Positions 40,219 to 54,770 of a stretch of 64,000 nt of DNA are shown here, one piece after another. The position numbers were made by a program, and so were the translations under genes. The DNA comes from Octopus sinensis (Eukaryota): NCBI RefSeq assembly GCF_006345805.1, contig NC_043005.1, positions 22,320,001 to 22,384,000 on the forward strand, written 5' to 3'. The number at the start of each line of letters is the position of its first letter. The first letter of the stretch is position 1. Under the pieces are notes generated by a model. It worked only from the letters and a program-made list of their open reading frames with translations. It had not been told where the DNA came from and made no database searches.

Positions 40219-41352
40219 CTGTAGATGAAAGAAAAGAAACAAGAAGATGAATACATTAAAATGTAGAAGAGCAATTTAAAATATATCTTATAAAGTCGTT
40301 TGTTAATGTGTAAGAGTGCCTGTACAAAAGCGCAAAATGGTGACACACGAAAAATGAAATGGGATTGGGTTAGCTTGTGCAATTCCTGTCCGAGCAGAAT
40401 TATATGACATACTATAAAGCATATCTTAAGACAAGTGACGTATTTGATTATCTGCAAAATGATGAAAATTGCATACTGAAATTGATGTTTGCTATAGTTC
40501 TTGTGTCTGAGTGGCATCGTAGTATTTGTAATCCTGCTCAGAACAAGTATGGCAAGTACCATAATTCGAAAACCACATTTTCGTTTACTCTTGCATCGAT
40601 ATTCACACTCTCACCTGTTTGTGTGTATAATTTAAATCAATATTTGATATTTGTTTCAAATTTAGGCTAAAGGTCAGTAATTTTGGAGAAGGGGTTAATT
40701 GGTTACATTGATCTAAGTATTTGATTGGTACTTTATGTTACTGATTACGAAAAGATGAAAGGCAAAGTTGACGCTGGCGGGATTTGAACTCAGGATCAGA
40801 AGCATTTTCCGATGCTCTAACGATTCTGCTGAGTAGCTATCTCTTTCTCTATATTTCTCAATGATTGTCTGTCTGTCTGCCTGTCTGTGTCATTATTTCT
40901 GCCTTTCTCCCCATCTTTATCGAGCTCTCTAATTTACTTTCTCTTAATTTGTCTGTATCTATATGTTTCTGTCTCTCAGTTTCACTCCGTTTATCTGTTA
41001 TCATCTATTTTTTTCACATTCTCTATATCTATCCATCAGACCGTCCTTATATAGACATATGTCTATCTCTGACAATCAATGCATTATTTTCTATCCCTCT
41101 TTCTCTCTCTCACCCTCATTCTCTCTCATTCATACTATTTCTCTACTTCTCTGTCTCTTTCTATATGCATCTCTCTCTCTATCTCTGTGTTACTCCGCCT
41201 GTCTGTTATTCTATCTTTCTCTCACTCTCGCTCTGTCTCTTTCACTCTGTCTCTACCTCTCTGTTTCAGTTTCTCATCTTATGTTTATAACTCCCATCTC
41301 TCTCTTCCTCCCCCATCTCTCTCAACGAGCAATATAAAACACAACATCTCAC

Positions 41353-41458
41353 CAGATCTGCATATTCGTTCATATCCATCCAAAAGGTGTGAATACCCAT
41401 GTCAGCTTCTAAATTGTGTTGATTGATATAATTACCATTCTCCTTCCATATAGCACGT
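41353..41458 (-). CDS. CTSL: Cathepsin L-like gene A, I29 prodomain exon ((R)RAIWKENGNYINQHNLEADMGIHTFWMDMNEYADL)
   Basis: 106 bp, ttttag|A to CTG|gtgaga, phase 2 to phase 0; ERFNIN-like and GNFD-like motifs. Confidence 0.9.
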
Positions 41459-41914
41459 CTAAAACAAATAAAACATCAATATTACATAATTTTGTATCAA
41501 TAGATTAACCATATATATACAACGCATTGTATTCACTAGGCAAACCAGGAAAATCAGGCAAATCCACCATCTCTTTTATGAACAACACCAAATAATATTT
41601 TTATAATTAATCAGCCCAAACAGCACCCACAGAAAACGAAAATACCACACTTCTACAATTTTCAGGAAGTACATATTATACATAGCAAAGATAGTAAAAC
41701 AACGAACAAATTAGGAAATAACTTGCACAACATTTGGTCAACATAAAGAAACAGCACTAGGTTATAAGTATTACATTCAACTCCATCTTTGTGCTAGATC
41801 TGGCTGAGAGCCCACTTGATCTACAACGAATCACACATAGCACGAAGTTTATAAAACATCCCAGTTCGTTTCCTCAGAGATAGCACAGAGACCATATTGA
41901 AAAATTACTTATAC

Positions 41915-42079
41915 ACAGGCGCAAACGTGGCTGTATGGTAAGAAGCTTGCTTCCCAACTACATGGTTCCGGCTTCAGTTCCACTGCGTGGCACCTCGGGC
42001 AAGTGTCTTCTACTATAGCTTCAAGCTGACCAAAGCTTTGTGAGTGGATTTGGTAGTCGGAAACTGAAAGAAGCCCGCC

Positions 42080-42155
<76 letters not shown>

Positions 42156-42385
42156 TATATATACATATATATATTATGTGTGTGTGTGTTTGTTCCCCTT
42201 GCCATCGCTTGACAACCGATGTTGGTGTATTTACGTCCCCGTAAACTACCGGTTTGGCAAAAGAGACCGATAGAATAAATACTAGGCTTACAAAGAATAA
42301 GCACTGGGATTGATTTGTTCGACTAAAGGCGGCACTCCGTCATGGTAGCAGTCAAATATCTGAAACAAGTAAAAAAATGTAAAAG
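41915..42385 (+). mobile_element. tRNA-derived SINE with internal (TA)n(TG)n
   Basis: Head GGCGCAAACGTGGCTGTATGGTAAG...GTTCC. The tail (tgacaac...gtccccgtaa...gatagaata) is shared with 25220-25420; related fragments lie at about 2470-2560 and 48520-48660. Confidence 0.6.
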
Positions 42386-43968
42386 AATTGATTTGAAAAT
42401 GTGCACGCCGATTCACGGCGTCTTGTCTTATGCAATACAGAATTCAAGTCCGAACCAAGTGCATTTCTCTGTAGATCGTGTTAATCGTGCTGTAGATCGT
42501 TTTAATCAATATCATTTTAAATCATTTTTAGCCCCAGGTCAACTGTGATCAAGTATGGTAAAAGCATTCCAACTTGAGACGTGTCTTTTCAATAGAATTT
42601 ACTATTGCATTTCTAACGAGTCTTTGCTTTTTTTAATACGTAGAGTGTAATTTAAGGAAAATCTGACTACTAGTTCCAGAAGGCGAAGCCATCAAGTAGT
42701 GCCCCTTTGTTGATTGTCCTGTATGTCAAGAAGAATATCAATATGTCACTCTGTCGAAGTGTAGTCGTTGTAGTCCCTAATTATAATTAGGGAGGGACTA
42801 CAACGTCATGGTGGTCTACATCTATTGCATGTAGGTAATTTAGTTAATATGGGAAAAGTAATATAGCACTAGGTAACGTTTTAATATTCAATAAAGCTAA
42901 GTTAGACAACGATGTAGATCATGACCATTTTGCAGGGCCTTTGAGACCAGTAGGGAAGAGCTAGGAAGAGTTATCCTCTGATCAGAGATCTGCTTTGAAT
43001 AGAAATGGACGATTGGGTGCAACTGTTTTTGTCCCGGTCATTTATTACAAACAGTTTTGATATCAATTCATTTGGTGACAGACGTTTTAGTACCAGGAAA
43101 TGATACTCTGGAGTAATTAGTCTTTATTCACAGATATAGCTGCCAGGAGGTATTCAATAATAATTTATCTTTCTACACACACACACACATCGCGCATAGA
43201 TGGTGATCTGAAGAGTGCAACCTCTAGTTATGCCGCAGAAACCTCATGAAAATGTGTATTTAGCTCCCTTAGTATTTCTGTTGCTTTAGTATGCAGCCTT
43301 GATATGGTATAATTCTTGCTTCTCTTCACATCATTTATATTCACTATCAGCTTTGCCTGCTCTTCGAAGATGATGAGAAATCCATTACTCACAAGTTTTT
43401 CATTAATACATTTCGGTAATACTTCATCAGCTTTCATATGAATAAATGAATGGTATTTAATTAAAAATATACAAAAGGATGCCAGTAGAACAACGCTTTT
43501 TGCAGTGCACATGCATGCGTTACAATAAGATATCACATTTTCGGAAGAGCAGTAGCATGATTTGTAGCCTAAATAAAGAGCTGAACTAGGTGTAGAAGTC
43601 AAGTAGTTTGGTAGTTTCAGCCCTTTAAAGGGTTATTTATAAAAAATATGCTTAAAGTTTACTTTGGTGTCACCAAATGGGTTTTATTGGCATGCAAAAC
43701 AGCAATGCCAACACGTACTTGACACTGTTCTGAATACTGTAACAAAGCAGTAACCACTAAAAACACTGGAAGGGAAGTGGTATTGCTAAACTAAGTCACA
43801 CCAAAATTGTTATATGATTACGGAAATGGAGGAATACGTGAGGCGCTAAAGGCGCTAATATTTGGAAGTAAATAGATATTAACTGGAATATATATATATA
43901 TATATATATACATAAGATCACGGTGTTATGGGTGACAGGTTAAGTATTTTCAATACAGTACACATACA

Positions 43969-44006
<38 letters not shown>

Positions 44007-44014
44007 TATGTATG

Positions 44015-44062
<48 letters not shown>

Positions 44063-44921
44063 AGTCTGCACATGCATATACAGATATATAATATATATAC
44101 ATATAAACACACACGCACACAACATACACTCACAGACACACAGACACAGACACACACACACGCATACACCCATACACACACACAGATATAAAACATAAGA
44201 TTTCATATTTCTGGAGTTAATTCTCGTCATTAACGTGAAAACGAAGTGTAATACTATAACATACTAGACAATAGTAAAATAAAACTAACTGGTGTGGACT
44301 AAGTAAAGTATGAATTATCTGTGATATTTAGAGAGGTAGACATTTATAACCCAGCAGGTGATTTGATCCCTAATCCATAACGCAGTTTATTCAGATTGCA
44401 ATAGATACGAAACCTGAGTACTGTCCGAAGGTCTGCTGATTTTATGTTATTAGCATACAGTTATATCACGTTCACATACAGATACATGCACACATACATG
44501 TACAAATACGGGCACACACACATACACACACACAAACACACATAGATACGTGCACACAAAAACGTATGTATGTTGTATATAAATATATCTATGCATTAGT
44601 ACACATACATGCAATGTATGTATGTTATATATAACATATCAATGCATTTACATACACACACACGTGCGCACATCCACCTCATACAGACGCGCACTCACCC
44701 CATATATTAACACATCTATAAATAATTTTACCTGAAATTTTCTGTTTCTGCGTTTCGGTATTCCTTTCTGAAAGTGGATTTGTACAGATCCCAATTTTCA
44801 TCGTTCGGAATCAACTTTGCCGAAACGAGAGTAAAACCAATTATAAATGTAAGTAAAGGCAACATCATATTGAATAGTGATATGGAAACATACAAAGTAT
44901 ACAAGTATAGTGAAATATTCT

Positions 44922-45050
<129 letters not shown>

Positions 45051-45659
45051 ACGTATATTAATACAATCGGAAGAAGTTTGAAAAATCGCAACCGCTTTCC
45101 GTCGCGGAGCACCAATGTATGAATAAACTGTAATTGTTTTTAAAGAAATGATTATAAGAAAATGATGTATGGAAAGAGGTATAAATTTATAGAGTAGGAG
45201 AAAGAAGGACAGACAAACAGGACGAGAGAGCCTATCCCATTCTTAAATGAGGAAATCTATTACTTTACAAGTGGAAAACAAACACCGCCATAAGAGCAAT
45301 TAATTCATAAAGCGATGCAAGAGATATAGAAAATAATAAGAGAGTTAAGAGTGTTTCAGTCATCAGGAAATGGGGATTATTACAAAATGGGCTGAGAGAA
45401 GAATGATAAAAAAGCGGATGAATTATAGCTGATAATGCTGGGGACCAATAAATAAATATATAGATAAATGAATAAATAGATAAATAAATTTAGGTCCCAA
45501 GAATAAAATACCTGATTCTCGTAGTATTTTGAGGGAATTTTTTTTGCCTGAATTCACACAAATTTACATTACTCATTCAGGTTAGATTTTTGTGTAGTAA
45601 GCAATTTCCTTCTTAAAGACCGACATAATAATACATTTATTAAACTATAAAAGACATAA

Positions 45660-47080
45660 CTATATTTTAAAAAGTAGTTTAGTTTAGTTTCTGCTTTACG
45701 TAATATAAGACTTGTCTTTCTTGAGAATTCTGTCAGCAAGCATACTGGGACTCCAGCTGCCTAGGTAACACTTTTCTATAGTAGGAATGTTCTGATGAAT
45801 ACGATCATTTATCATCCCCAGATTTTCCGGAAAAAAGTTCCAGTGAGAGTTCAAGAAATGAATCTTTAATAATATATATCGCATCGTTAGGTAAGATTTA
45901 CGAAGATGGCCATCTACTAGAACAGGATAGTTTTCATTTTGCTATTTACCCCGAAAGTTAACATATCTATGTTTTTGAAACTTGTCGTGCAGTATTCTCA
46001 ACATAATTCATATAGCTTCCAAACGTCAAGAATCTTAATTTTCTTATATGAGGGCCAACAAAAACTCCTTTTTCATCATGGCATCACTCACCCAGGGAAA
46101 CTTATTTTGCAAGTATTTGAACCTAATTTGCGCTTTATCCATAACCTTTACAAAATTTTTCAAGTTCAAGTTTGATATGCAACTGATTCTTCCAAAATAT
46201 TTTTCTTGCCTGAAACAAGTGAGATAAGTTTTGGTCAATTATTCTGAACGTAGAGTTTTCTTTGTTTTATTTACATAAAAAGAAAAACAATTGTACTTGG
46301 GGTAACCAAGATGCAACCCAAATTAAATTACGATGGACTTTAGATCTCAACAGATATTCTATTCATATTTCTGCTATTGACTCTTTTCCACAAGTAGCAT
46401 CATTTTGTCACGAGCTCTTTGTGAGATCTGCAATATACGATATAGACACAGAAGAGAATCTATTTTCATTATGAAGGACCTCTTTGAAACTAACTCTAAG
46501 AAATTAAAGAAGAGTAACCACTTATCAACGTTATGTTAATGACCAAGAAGCCCACATCTGAATTATTAGTACACAAAATATATATCCATCTTCAGAACAG
46601 AATCATTCATTGAATTCTTCATTATGGTATCTGTAGAAAGAACAAACTTTAGAGTCGTAGTTTGACTTCTATTTTGAACTTAAAATATCAGTCTGCCGTT
46701 TTAGATAAATTCAAATTAAGAACTTGGTCATTCAGATTTTCTTGTGACAGAAAATGTGGCTGATTCGAGAAACAAGTAGCTTGCAAAGCTGGGTTAGAAA
46801 AGTCATGTTTTTATTTGTGCTTCCTCAGCAGTTAAAGTAATATGCTCAGAGGGATTTGGTACTAGAAGTTGAGCAGCATGTTGAACTGGGACTCACTGCA
46901 GAAGGTAGATTAGAGTATTTAATTAAGATCTTTATTTTTGAAGTGATCCCATTTGTATTCAAAAGACAGAAATAATATCTTAATGCTCGAAATATCAAGT
47001 GGCAGGTGACATGAATGACGTATTCATCCCATTAGTAGACTTACATATGTCACACAACAAATGAGGAGTTCAACTCTTCT
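45660..47080 (-). pseudogene. Decayed transposase-like coding sequence of a DNA transposon (superfamily not assigned)
   Basis: Fragments LKNFVKVMDK..FKYLQNKFP and LKIHFLNSHxxFFPENLG..HQNI..E..Y.G.WSPSMLAD resemble a widespread invertebrate transposon-derived protein family (recognised from memory, not searched). Confidence 0.55.
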
Positions 47081-47796
47081 CCTGATCAACCCCTTTATAA
47101 CATGTTTTTTTTACTAATGGTATAAGATTGTTAGGCTATCACCTGTATAGCTAGGATAAAATAGATAATTCAGATAGTTCCGCAACCCTACAGAGCAGTT
47201 ACAACGCTGAGGTAAAATCAACAAGAAGCAACGGACAACATCTAACAATATCGTGGGATTTGCAAATAAACTGACTTCGAGCTGTGTCATTCATACGAGT
47301 CAAGGCTCGTAGACTAAAGGCTCATATCTGAACAAATCTAAACTGTTAACTGCCCCCTGGATATAAAAAACGAATAGAGCATGTATATTAATATTAAAAT
47401 CTATAATTATACTTATATTGACTAATATATTATATCATTATGTTCTTATTTGAAGATTATGTTAGGTGAGAGAAAAATAGATACAGCATTATAAGTAAAA
47501 TAAGCTTGGTAGGAGAAAATCAAATTTCATATTTAGATTTAGCATAAAATTTATACACTTAAAACATCAATAAAAAACGTGTTTCTGTGTATCAAATGTT
47601 CATCAGGGTCGGCTGAAAATACAAAAGGCAACTCGACTGTTCACCCCACTCAAATTTCAGGCCTTGTGCCTATAGTAGAAAGGATTATTAATATTTAATA
47701 TCAAAGATTTCTATCCAGTATTTCTGACCAGCTGCTCAGTATAATTACCTCCATGAATAACCGTATCATAAATGCATGATAATCGTTGAAACTTAA

Positions 47797-47874
<78 letters not shown>

Positions 47875-48654
47875 CGACAATAGACGGTCATCAATTTGTA
47901 ACGATAGTGTTGTATCGGAAAAATGAATGAGTGAAGAACAATATTAAGAGTATCGTTTATTGATATATTTACATTTGCCGTTACAATGTTGAAGATAACT
48001 TTCTATAGCTGTTTGTGTACACAAGTTATTTGTGGATTTCGAGTCCATTGTGTATGTCAGCTCCATCTCTGTGTGTTACTAACAAAGAATAAAAGATATG
48101 TAGGTAGATAGAAAGGGTGATAAATCTACTCCCGCGCATTAATCAGCATACTGAAAGAATTGCTCTTTGCCCCCCCCCCAACCCCCCCCCAAAAAAAACG
48201 ACAAAAAAAAAAAGAAAAACGGGTCGACACAAAGCGGAACAAAGCTTACTGGATCCTTGTATTTATATTCTTCATAACTAAATTAGGTCAAGCCGAAAAC
48301 AAAGAACTTTTCTAGTCAGTCTTGACCAATGTATAACTGGAAAAGGTCCACAAAAAGCGAGAATAGTTGACTGAAGACTTGTTTGAAATTGTGGATTCGA
48401 TTTCGAATCCTAGCTTAAAACGTTGGTAGCTGTCGGCCACACATATTATTTAACAATATATGCATATTGGAAGTTAACATGACGCTGCTACCAAGTTGCG
48501 ATAAAAGATTACTTTATCAAGGCCGTATGTTTAAGAAGTTCACTTCATAACCATGTGGTTTCAGCTTCAGTCTAACTGTCCGGCACCTTATACTACAACA
48601 CTGGGTTGTCCAAATCCCTATGAATATGATTGGAGAAAACTGGGAAGAAGCCCG

Positions 48655-48696
<42 letters not shown>

Positions 48697-49590
48697 TAAA
48701 TTGCAGTGTACAGTATTATATTTCCTTTTTCAAAACTGAAAAGATGGGGTACTATTATTTTAAGCCGTAACCTACGATGCTTGAAACATTCACATTCGAT
48801 GAAATTACCGTTTTTGACGCACTAGATAATTTCAGCACCATTGCATAAGCACTTCGATCCATACAAGTATAGAAAAGTAGATTTTAAAACGAGGACAACT
48901 TTGATAATGATGGTAATGCTGATGATTTTTATTATCGTCTTATTCATGGTGTACGATTTGTATATGAAATGTTTTACTCGAAACATGCATAAAAGTGTTC
49001 AAGACAAAGGAAATGTGTTAAATGTCCTCACAATATTGCATTTTTTTCTGGAACTTCATTATATCTATTAGGAATTTGGGGGTATTATGATTCGACTAAG
49101 ATGTAGCTATCTCACTCTTCTGCTGGTGGGTTGCTTAGATTCATTTTGCGTATTAAATTTTGAACTACGGTGTGTCGGCGTCCACCTAGCTGTATGTAGG
49201 TTCTACAAGGTGGTACAGTCTATCCAACCGTAAGTAGGTCCTGCAAGGTGGTGCAGCCTATCGAGCTGTAAGTTGTCGTAGAGAGTGTTACAGTACAGGG
49301 TGATGAAAAAGTGGTTCCTTCCTCGCACATGATGTCATTGTTTAACTCAAGGTCAGCGCTTATTGAGCATTAGTCTTTCAAGGATGTTTTTCCTGCTGCT
49401 GAAAACTTGCGTTTATTCAGAAGGAACACCAGCAGCTTTGATTTCGCCTGTCTATATCTCACAGTGGACAAACAACAACAAAAACAACAATAACAGTAGT
49501 AGCAGTGGCAAGTGTAAATAAAAGAGTGAAAGAAAGGAGCAGATCTGCCATTTAAAAGTAACAGTGCCTTTCTGAGACGACTCATGATGA

Positions 49591-49652
<62 letters not shown>

Positions 49653-49745
49653 ATACATGTACACATACATATACACCAGCTGAAAGATATCACTCATATC
49701 ATCATCAGCTACTAAAAATGTCTACATAATACTATCTTCCTACAA

Positions 49746-50395
49746 GGCGGCGAGCTGGCAGAAACGTTAGCACGCAGGGCGAAATGCGTAGCCGTATTTC
49801 GTCTGCTATTATGTTCTGAGTTCAAATTCCGCCGAGGTCGACTTTGCCTTTCATCCTTTCGGGATCGATAAATTAAGTACTAATTACGCACTGGGGATCG
49901 ATATAATCGACTTAATCCGTTTGTCTATCCTTGTTTGTCATCTCTGTGCTTAGTCTCTTGTGGGTAGTAAAGAAATAGGTATTTCAACTGCCGAAGGTGG
50001 TGAGCTGGCAGAAATGTTAGCACGCCGGGCGAAATGCGTAGCCGTATTTCGTCTGCCGCTACGTTCTGAGCTCAAATTCCGCCGAGGTCGACTTTGCCTT
50101 TCATCCTTTCGAGGTCGATTAAATAAGTACCAGTTACGCACTGGGGTCGATATAATCGACTTAATCCGTTTGTCTGTCCTTGTTTGTCCTCTCTGTGTTT
50201 AGCCCCTTGTGGGTAGTAAAGAAATAGGTATTTAGTCTGCCGCTACGTTCTGAGCTCAAATTCCGCCGAGGTCGAATTTGCCTTTCATCCTTTCGAGATC
50301 GATAAATTAATTACTAGTTGGACATTGGGGGTAAATCTAATCGACTGCCTCACCTTCCCCTAAAATTTCTGGCCTTGTGCCTAGGGTAGAAAAGA
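49746..50395 (+). mobile_element. Head-to-tail tRNA-derived SINEs (two full copies at 49746 and 49996, one partial); octopus OK/OR-like
   Basis: GGCGGCGAGCTGGCAGAAACGTTAGC A-box and GAGTTCAAATTCC B-box, repeated at 250-bp spacing. Confidence 0.8.
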
Positions 50396-50439
50396 ATATT
50401 AGAAATAAGAATACCGGTGGAATATACCAACAAAAACAG

Positions 50440-50740
50440 TATCTTGATTTATACACAACAGGCCGGATAAGGCTATATGGGACGGGGAGTTAAAGTCATG
50501 CATCGGTATAGAAATCAATTGGCCAGTGGATGTGGATGTTTCTTCAAAAATTATGGAAAGGAGAGCATAAATGGAGAACCGATGAGAAACCTACAACTCT
50601 TATATATTCAGGTTACAAAATTTAATATGTTCCTGTTATCATAGATGCACTGGGCTACGTAACAACTGATTTGCACAGAAACCTATAAATGGTTTGGTTT
50701 TCAAAAAAGAACATAGATACAGTCGATCAGATGAAAGCAA
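50440..50740 (+). mobile_element. Fragment of the R4-like RLE element
   Basis: Decayed PD...IWD...IE...P.D...VPVIIDALG, homologous to 36872-37147. Confidence 0.55.
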
Positions 50741-51261
50741 ACATTTGTAAAACATTTCATGAGATTTTAGTCCCTGATTCATGGGTCAGTATTTGCACGC
50801 AGCCACATATAGACATGGAATACATATACACACATACATACATGTGTTTTATTGTGGCACGTATATCTACAAGTGTAAGGTTATCCACACGGCCCACACA
50901 TGCATTCAACATGCATATATATAAATGGCAACGTCAACCATTTCAAGTAATAACAGGAAAAATGCTTTTTAGTTTATTGGAGTTATCCCTCTTGGATTGG
51001 CTGCAAAACGGGTCACCACGACACGACAGAATATAGGGTGGTGTTGAGTCCGAGGTGAAGAAGGAGTTGGATAAAGAGCTGGAGTTGGGGAGTGGGAAAT
51101 GTGGATAATGGGGGATAGTTAATTTTTAAATCATGTGTGATCACGTACATGTATATGTGCGTATGCGTACGTATGTATGTGTGTGTATGTATGTATGTAT
51201 GTATGTATGTATGTATGTATGTATGTATGTATGTATGTATGTATGTATGTTTGTATGTATG

Positions 51262-51324
<63 letters not shown>

Positions 51325-52489
51325 ATGTATATGTCACAATTGTGTCTGGCAAGTCTTATATGAATTTCTCAGATTTCAGTACAGGGAAAAAAAACAACTG
51401 GTGTACTCCAATGTCTATATTCATGGTGCAGTCGGTCAGTATAGTAGGGAAAATTTTCGCTCATGAGTGCAGGAATAGAAAACCTCGCTTTTACAGTTTA
51501 GGCAGGTGTCTAGGTTGACAGAATTCTCAGAGCTTGCACTTCATACTACTGTTTAAGTAAGGTTTATTTGTCCAGTATTCTCCATTCGATAAGATGTGCG
51601 CAGCGTTTTCATTCAATGTCCAATGAAATGCTTAGAGGCATTTCGTCTGTTATTACGTCCTGAGTTTAAATTCTGCCGAGATCGACTTTATTAGCACTGT
51701 TATGGTCTTCTGTATTTTCGTTGTCTTTGGAATTGTTTCGGATTCTATATCTGCTAGCCAGCCTTTCTTATCATTTTGGCCTAGTCGCATAATCATTGCT
51801 CAAATGTTTCAAATATTTCTCGGTGCTGCCAGTCGCTGCAAATCCTTTTCCTCCCCTCGTATTGGTAATCCATTTCTATCTATTTTTTGCGTGCTAGCAG
51901 TCGCATATTGACAACTGCATTTATCCGGCTGCCGAGTGCGGTGCCTTCATCACTGATTCCAGTCCCATTTACGCTGGTATCTATGATACTTCTTTCTGAC
52001 ATTTCACTCACTTTCTGACATTTCAGTGGTGCCTTTTCATGAAACACCATCACTAGATGAATTATCAACCAAGGTTTGGAGAGACCCCCATCTACTCACT
52101 TTATGAAACAGTTATACTGCACCAGATTTTATACTGGTAGTACTGATACTGTATTGGCTCATTTTCAAAAATGTTTTTTTAGGTTGCTTGCTGTCAACTA
52201 CTTACGAGTGCAACCTACTCGGATTATTTTTTGACGTTTACTCTTCTAGAATTGCCGATTCCCGGCCAGATCTGGAAACGATAGTGGTTGAGAGATAATT
52301 CCACACTCCTCAAAACCGTGGAACTCCCGATGATAGCCCTACTACTGATGCAGTTTAACAGAAACAACAACAACTAGAATTTTGTCCGGCATGCTAACTC
52401 ACTGCTTTGACAACAACAACAATAACAACAATAGCCCTTACTTAATTTAGCACATGGCCTGAAATTTGGTGGGAGAGGTCTAGTCGGTT

Positions 52490-52815
52490 ACATCGACCCA
52501 AGTGCTTAACTGGTACTTATGCAATCGATCTCGAAAGGATGAAAAGCAAAGTCGACCTTGGCGGAATTTGAACCTAGAACATAAAGACGGAGGAAATACC
52601 TATTTCCTTATTACCCACAAGGGGCTAAACATAGAGGGGACAAACAAGGACAGACATAAGTATTAAGTCGATTACATCGACACCAGTGCATAACTGGTAC
52701 TTAATTTATCGACCCCGAAAGGATGAAAGGCAAAGTCGACCTCGGCGGAATTTGAACCTAGAACATAAAGACGGAGGAAATACAGCTAAGCATAATGTTC
52801 GACGTGTTAACGATT
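52490..52815 (-). mobile_element. Tandem SINE fragments, same family as 49746
   Basis: Reverse-complement matches such as aaggatgaaaggcaaagtcgacctcggcggaatttgaac. Confidence 0.75.
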
Positions 52816-52899
52816 CTGCGTGTGCATAATACACACAAACACATACACACATACATGCACGCTCACATACACGTAGGCAAACATACAAACACACGCACG

Positions 52900-52978
<79 letters not shown>

Positions 52979-53432
52979 CCACTGAATCAGTAGATACTCT
53001 GTAATTTCCCAGGTCATCTACGTAACTGAATGAAGACTAAACAAGAACACCGAAGATAGTGAATGGATAGTTGTATTTATGTGGTTGGATGCAGTCTGAC
53101 ATCACTCCTGTGAAGTATGAGCCATAAATTAGCAGAAAAATACTTAACCTTTGTGTTAAGAAAGAGTAGAAAACTTTCAGAGCATAGAGTTATTAAAACA
53201 AGAGGATAATGGCCGAGAGAAAGAAATAATTCATAACGTGGTTAGACTGTGGGATTTTGGGAGCAGGCACACGTAATTAGTGAATAGTAGGGCTGAATGA
53301 AGCGAGTAATTGAAGGGACAAAGAAGGTTGTCAGAATTTACAAGGTGATATATATCACATGTTAACTATCACACGCACACACTCGCGCGCGCACACAGAC
53401 ATATGCACTCATACACATACATATACACAAAA

Positions 53433-53501
<69 letters not shown>

Positions 53502-53559
53502 GTGGTTCAACTGTTAAGGATGATTGCTCGTTCAAATGGATTTCAGGTGTGGCAACGTC

Positions 53560-54300
53560 TGCATTACCTATACAATATTTTGATTATCCTCCGACACGGG
53601 TTTGGCAGATCAGATATCAAAGGTTTGAGTATTAAATGCATGCACAATGGACTTCGGGACTGTTCGGTTCTGAACTGGCTGTTGTTTGAATGTATCTATA
53701 AGTTTCATAAGATACATGTGAAAAAAAACAGCACTAGTTTATCTCGGTCGAAAAGAGGTAATTACCTTACTAGGATACAATTTTGCACTCTATGAAACGA
53801 CATTAGGTCCCCCGCAGGGATCTGTTCTTGGTCGCCTAGTTTATTGCAAATATTAACAACATATTTGCTAACCTGAAACATGTTACTGTCTTAAAATACG
53901 CAGACAATATTACACTGGGCCTTAAGATAAAAAGAGCAGATCCTCTGCGCTGTAGATCTTTCCTGTCTTGAATGTCATACTTCTTAGGGCACTGGCACTC
54001 TAATGCTTCGACCTCCAGCAGCAAAATGGGTAGAAGCTCAGAAGATTACCCACCATATGTCCAACAAATTCAGCAACCTATTTTTAGGTTAATATCTCTT
54101 TGACCTGCGTACATAATTATAAAGCAAAAGGTATTGCGGCATCTACGACTTTCGGAACATTTTTATCATGCACAGGATTGTCGAAGCATGGCATAAACTA
54201 AATGCTTTAGCTGTTAGCTGTAGGACATTGCAACCTTAAAAGATTCCATGCTTCCTGAAATTCAGCACTAAGTCTGACGTTCTTGTGTACTCTTTCTTTT
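53560..54300 (+). mobile_element. Highly decayed CR1-like RT remnant
   Basis: PQGSVLG-like at about 53810-53832 and KYADN at about 53893-53907. Confidence 0.5.
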
Positions 54301-54475
54301 TTTTATGGAACCGTCATTCTTCCCTTTTCTGGTTTCTTGGGTTCCATTCTATGTGCATTGTCTTTATTTTAATTGCGTTATTGTTGTTTTTGTCCTCTCT
54401 TTACTTTTTAGGACTACTTGTCGTACATCTGAACATTGTAAGCAATAAGTTTATCATTATTATTATAGGTGAAGG

Positions 54476-54770
54476 CGCATGGCTCAGTAGTTAGAGTGTC
54501 GAGCTTACGATCGGGAGGTTGTGAGTTCGATTCCCGGACCGGGCTGCGTGTTGTGTTCTTGAGCAAGACACTTTATTTCACGTTGCTCCAGTTAACTCAG
54601 CTGGAGAAATGAGTTGCGACATTACTGGTGCCAAGCTGTATCGGCCTTTTCCTTTCCCTTGGATAACATCAGCGGTGTGGAGAGGGGAGGCTGGTATGCA
54701 TGGGCGGCTGCTGGCCTTCCACAGACAACCTTTATCGAACTTGTGCCTCGGAGGATAACTTTCGGATCTT
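54476..54770 (+). mobile_element. tRNA-derived SINE with a conserved-type central domain
   Basis: GGCGCATGGCTCAGTAGTTAGAG...GAGTTCGATTCCC head followed by GTGTTCTTGAGCAAGACACTT. Confidence 0.72.

Noticed and set aside
40200-40562. MVLAILVL... ORF as the signal-peptide exon of gene A
   Set aside because: It lies downstream of the prodomain exon (41353-41458), in the wrong order, with no compatible splice sites.
43228-43602. 124-aa minus-strand ORF as a gene or Helitron helicase fragment
   Set aside because: No recognisable motif with enough support.
48730-48800. Possible further hammerhead (CTGAAAAGA...GAAAC)
   Set aside because: The core is mismatched and there is no consistent stem I or stem III.
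54476-54545. Functional tRNA genes
   Set aside because: The tRNA-like heads (also at 34917, 41915 and 49746) continue into SINE bodies and lack a clean cloverleaf and terminator.
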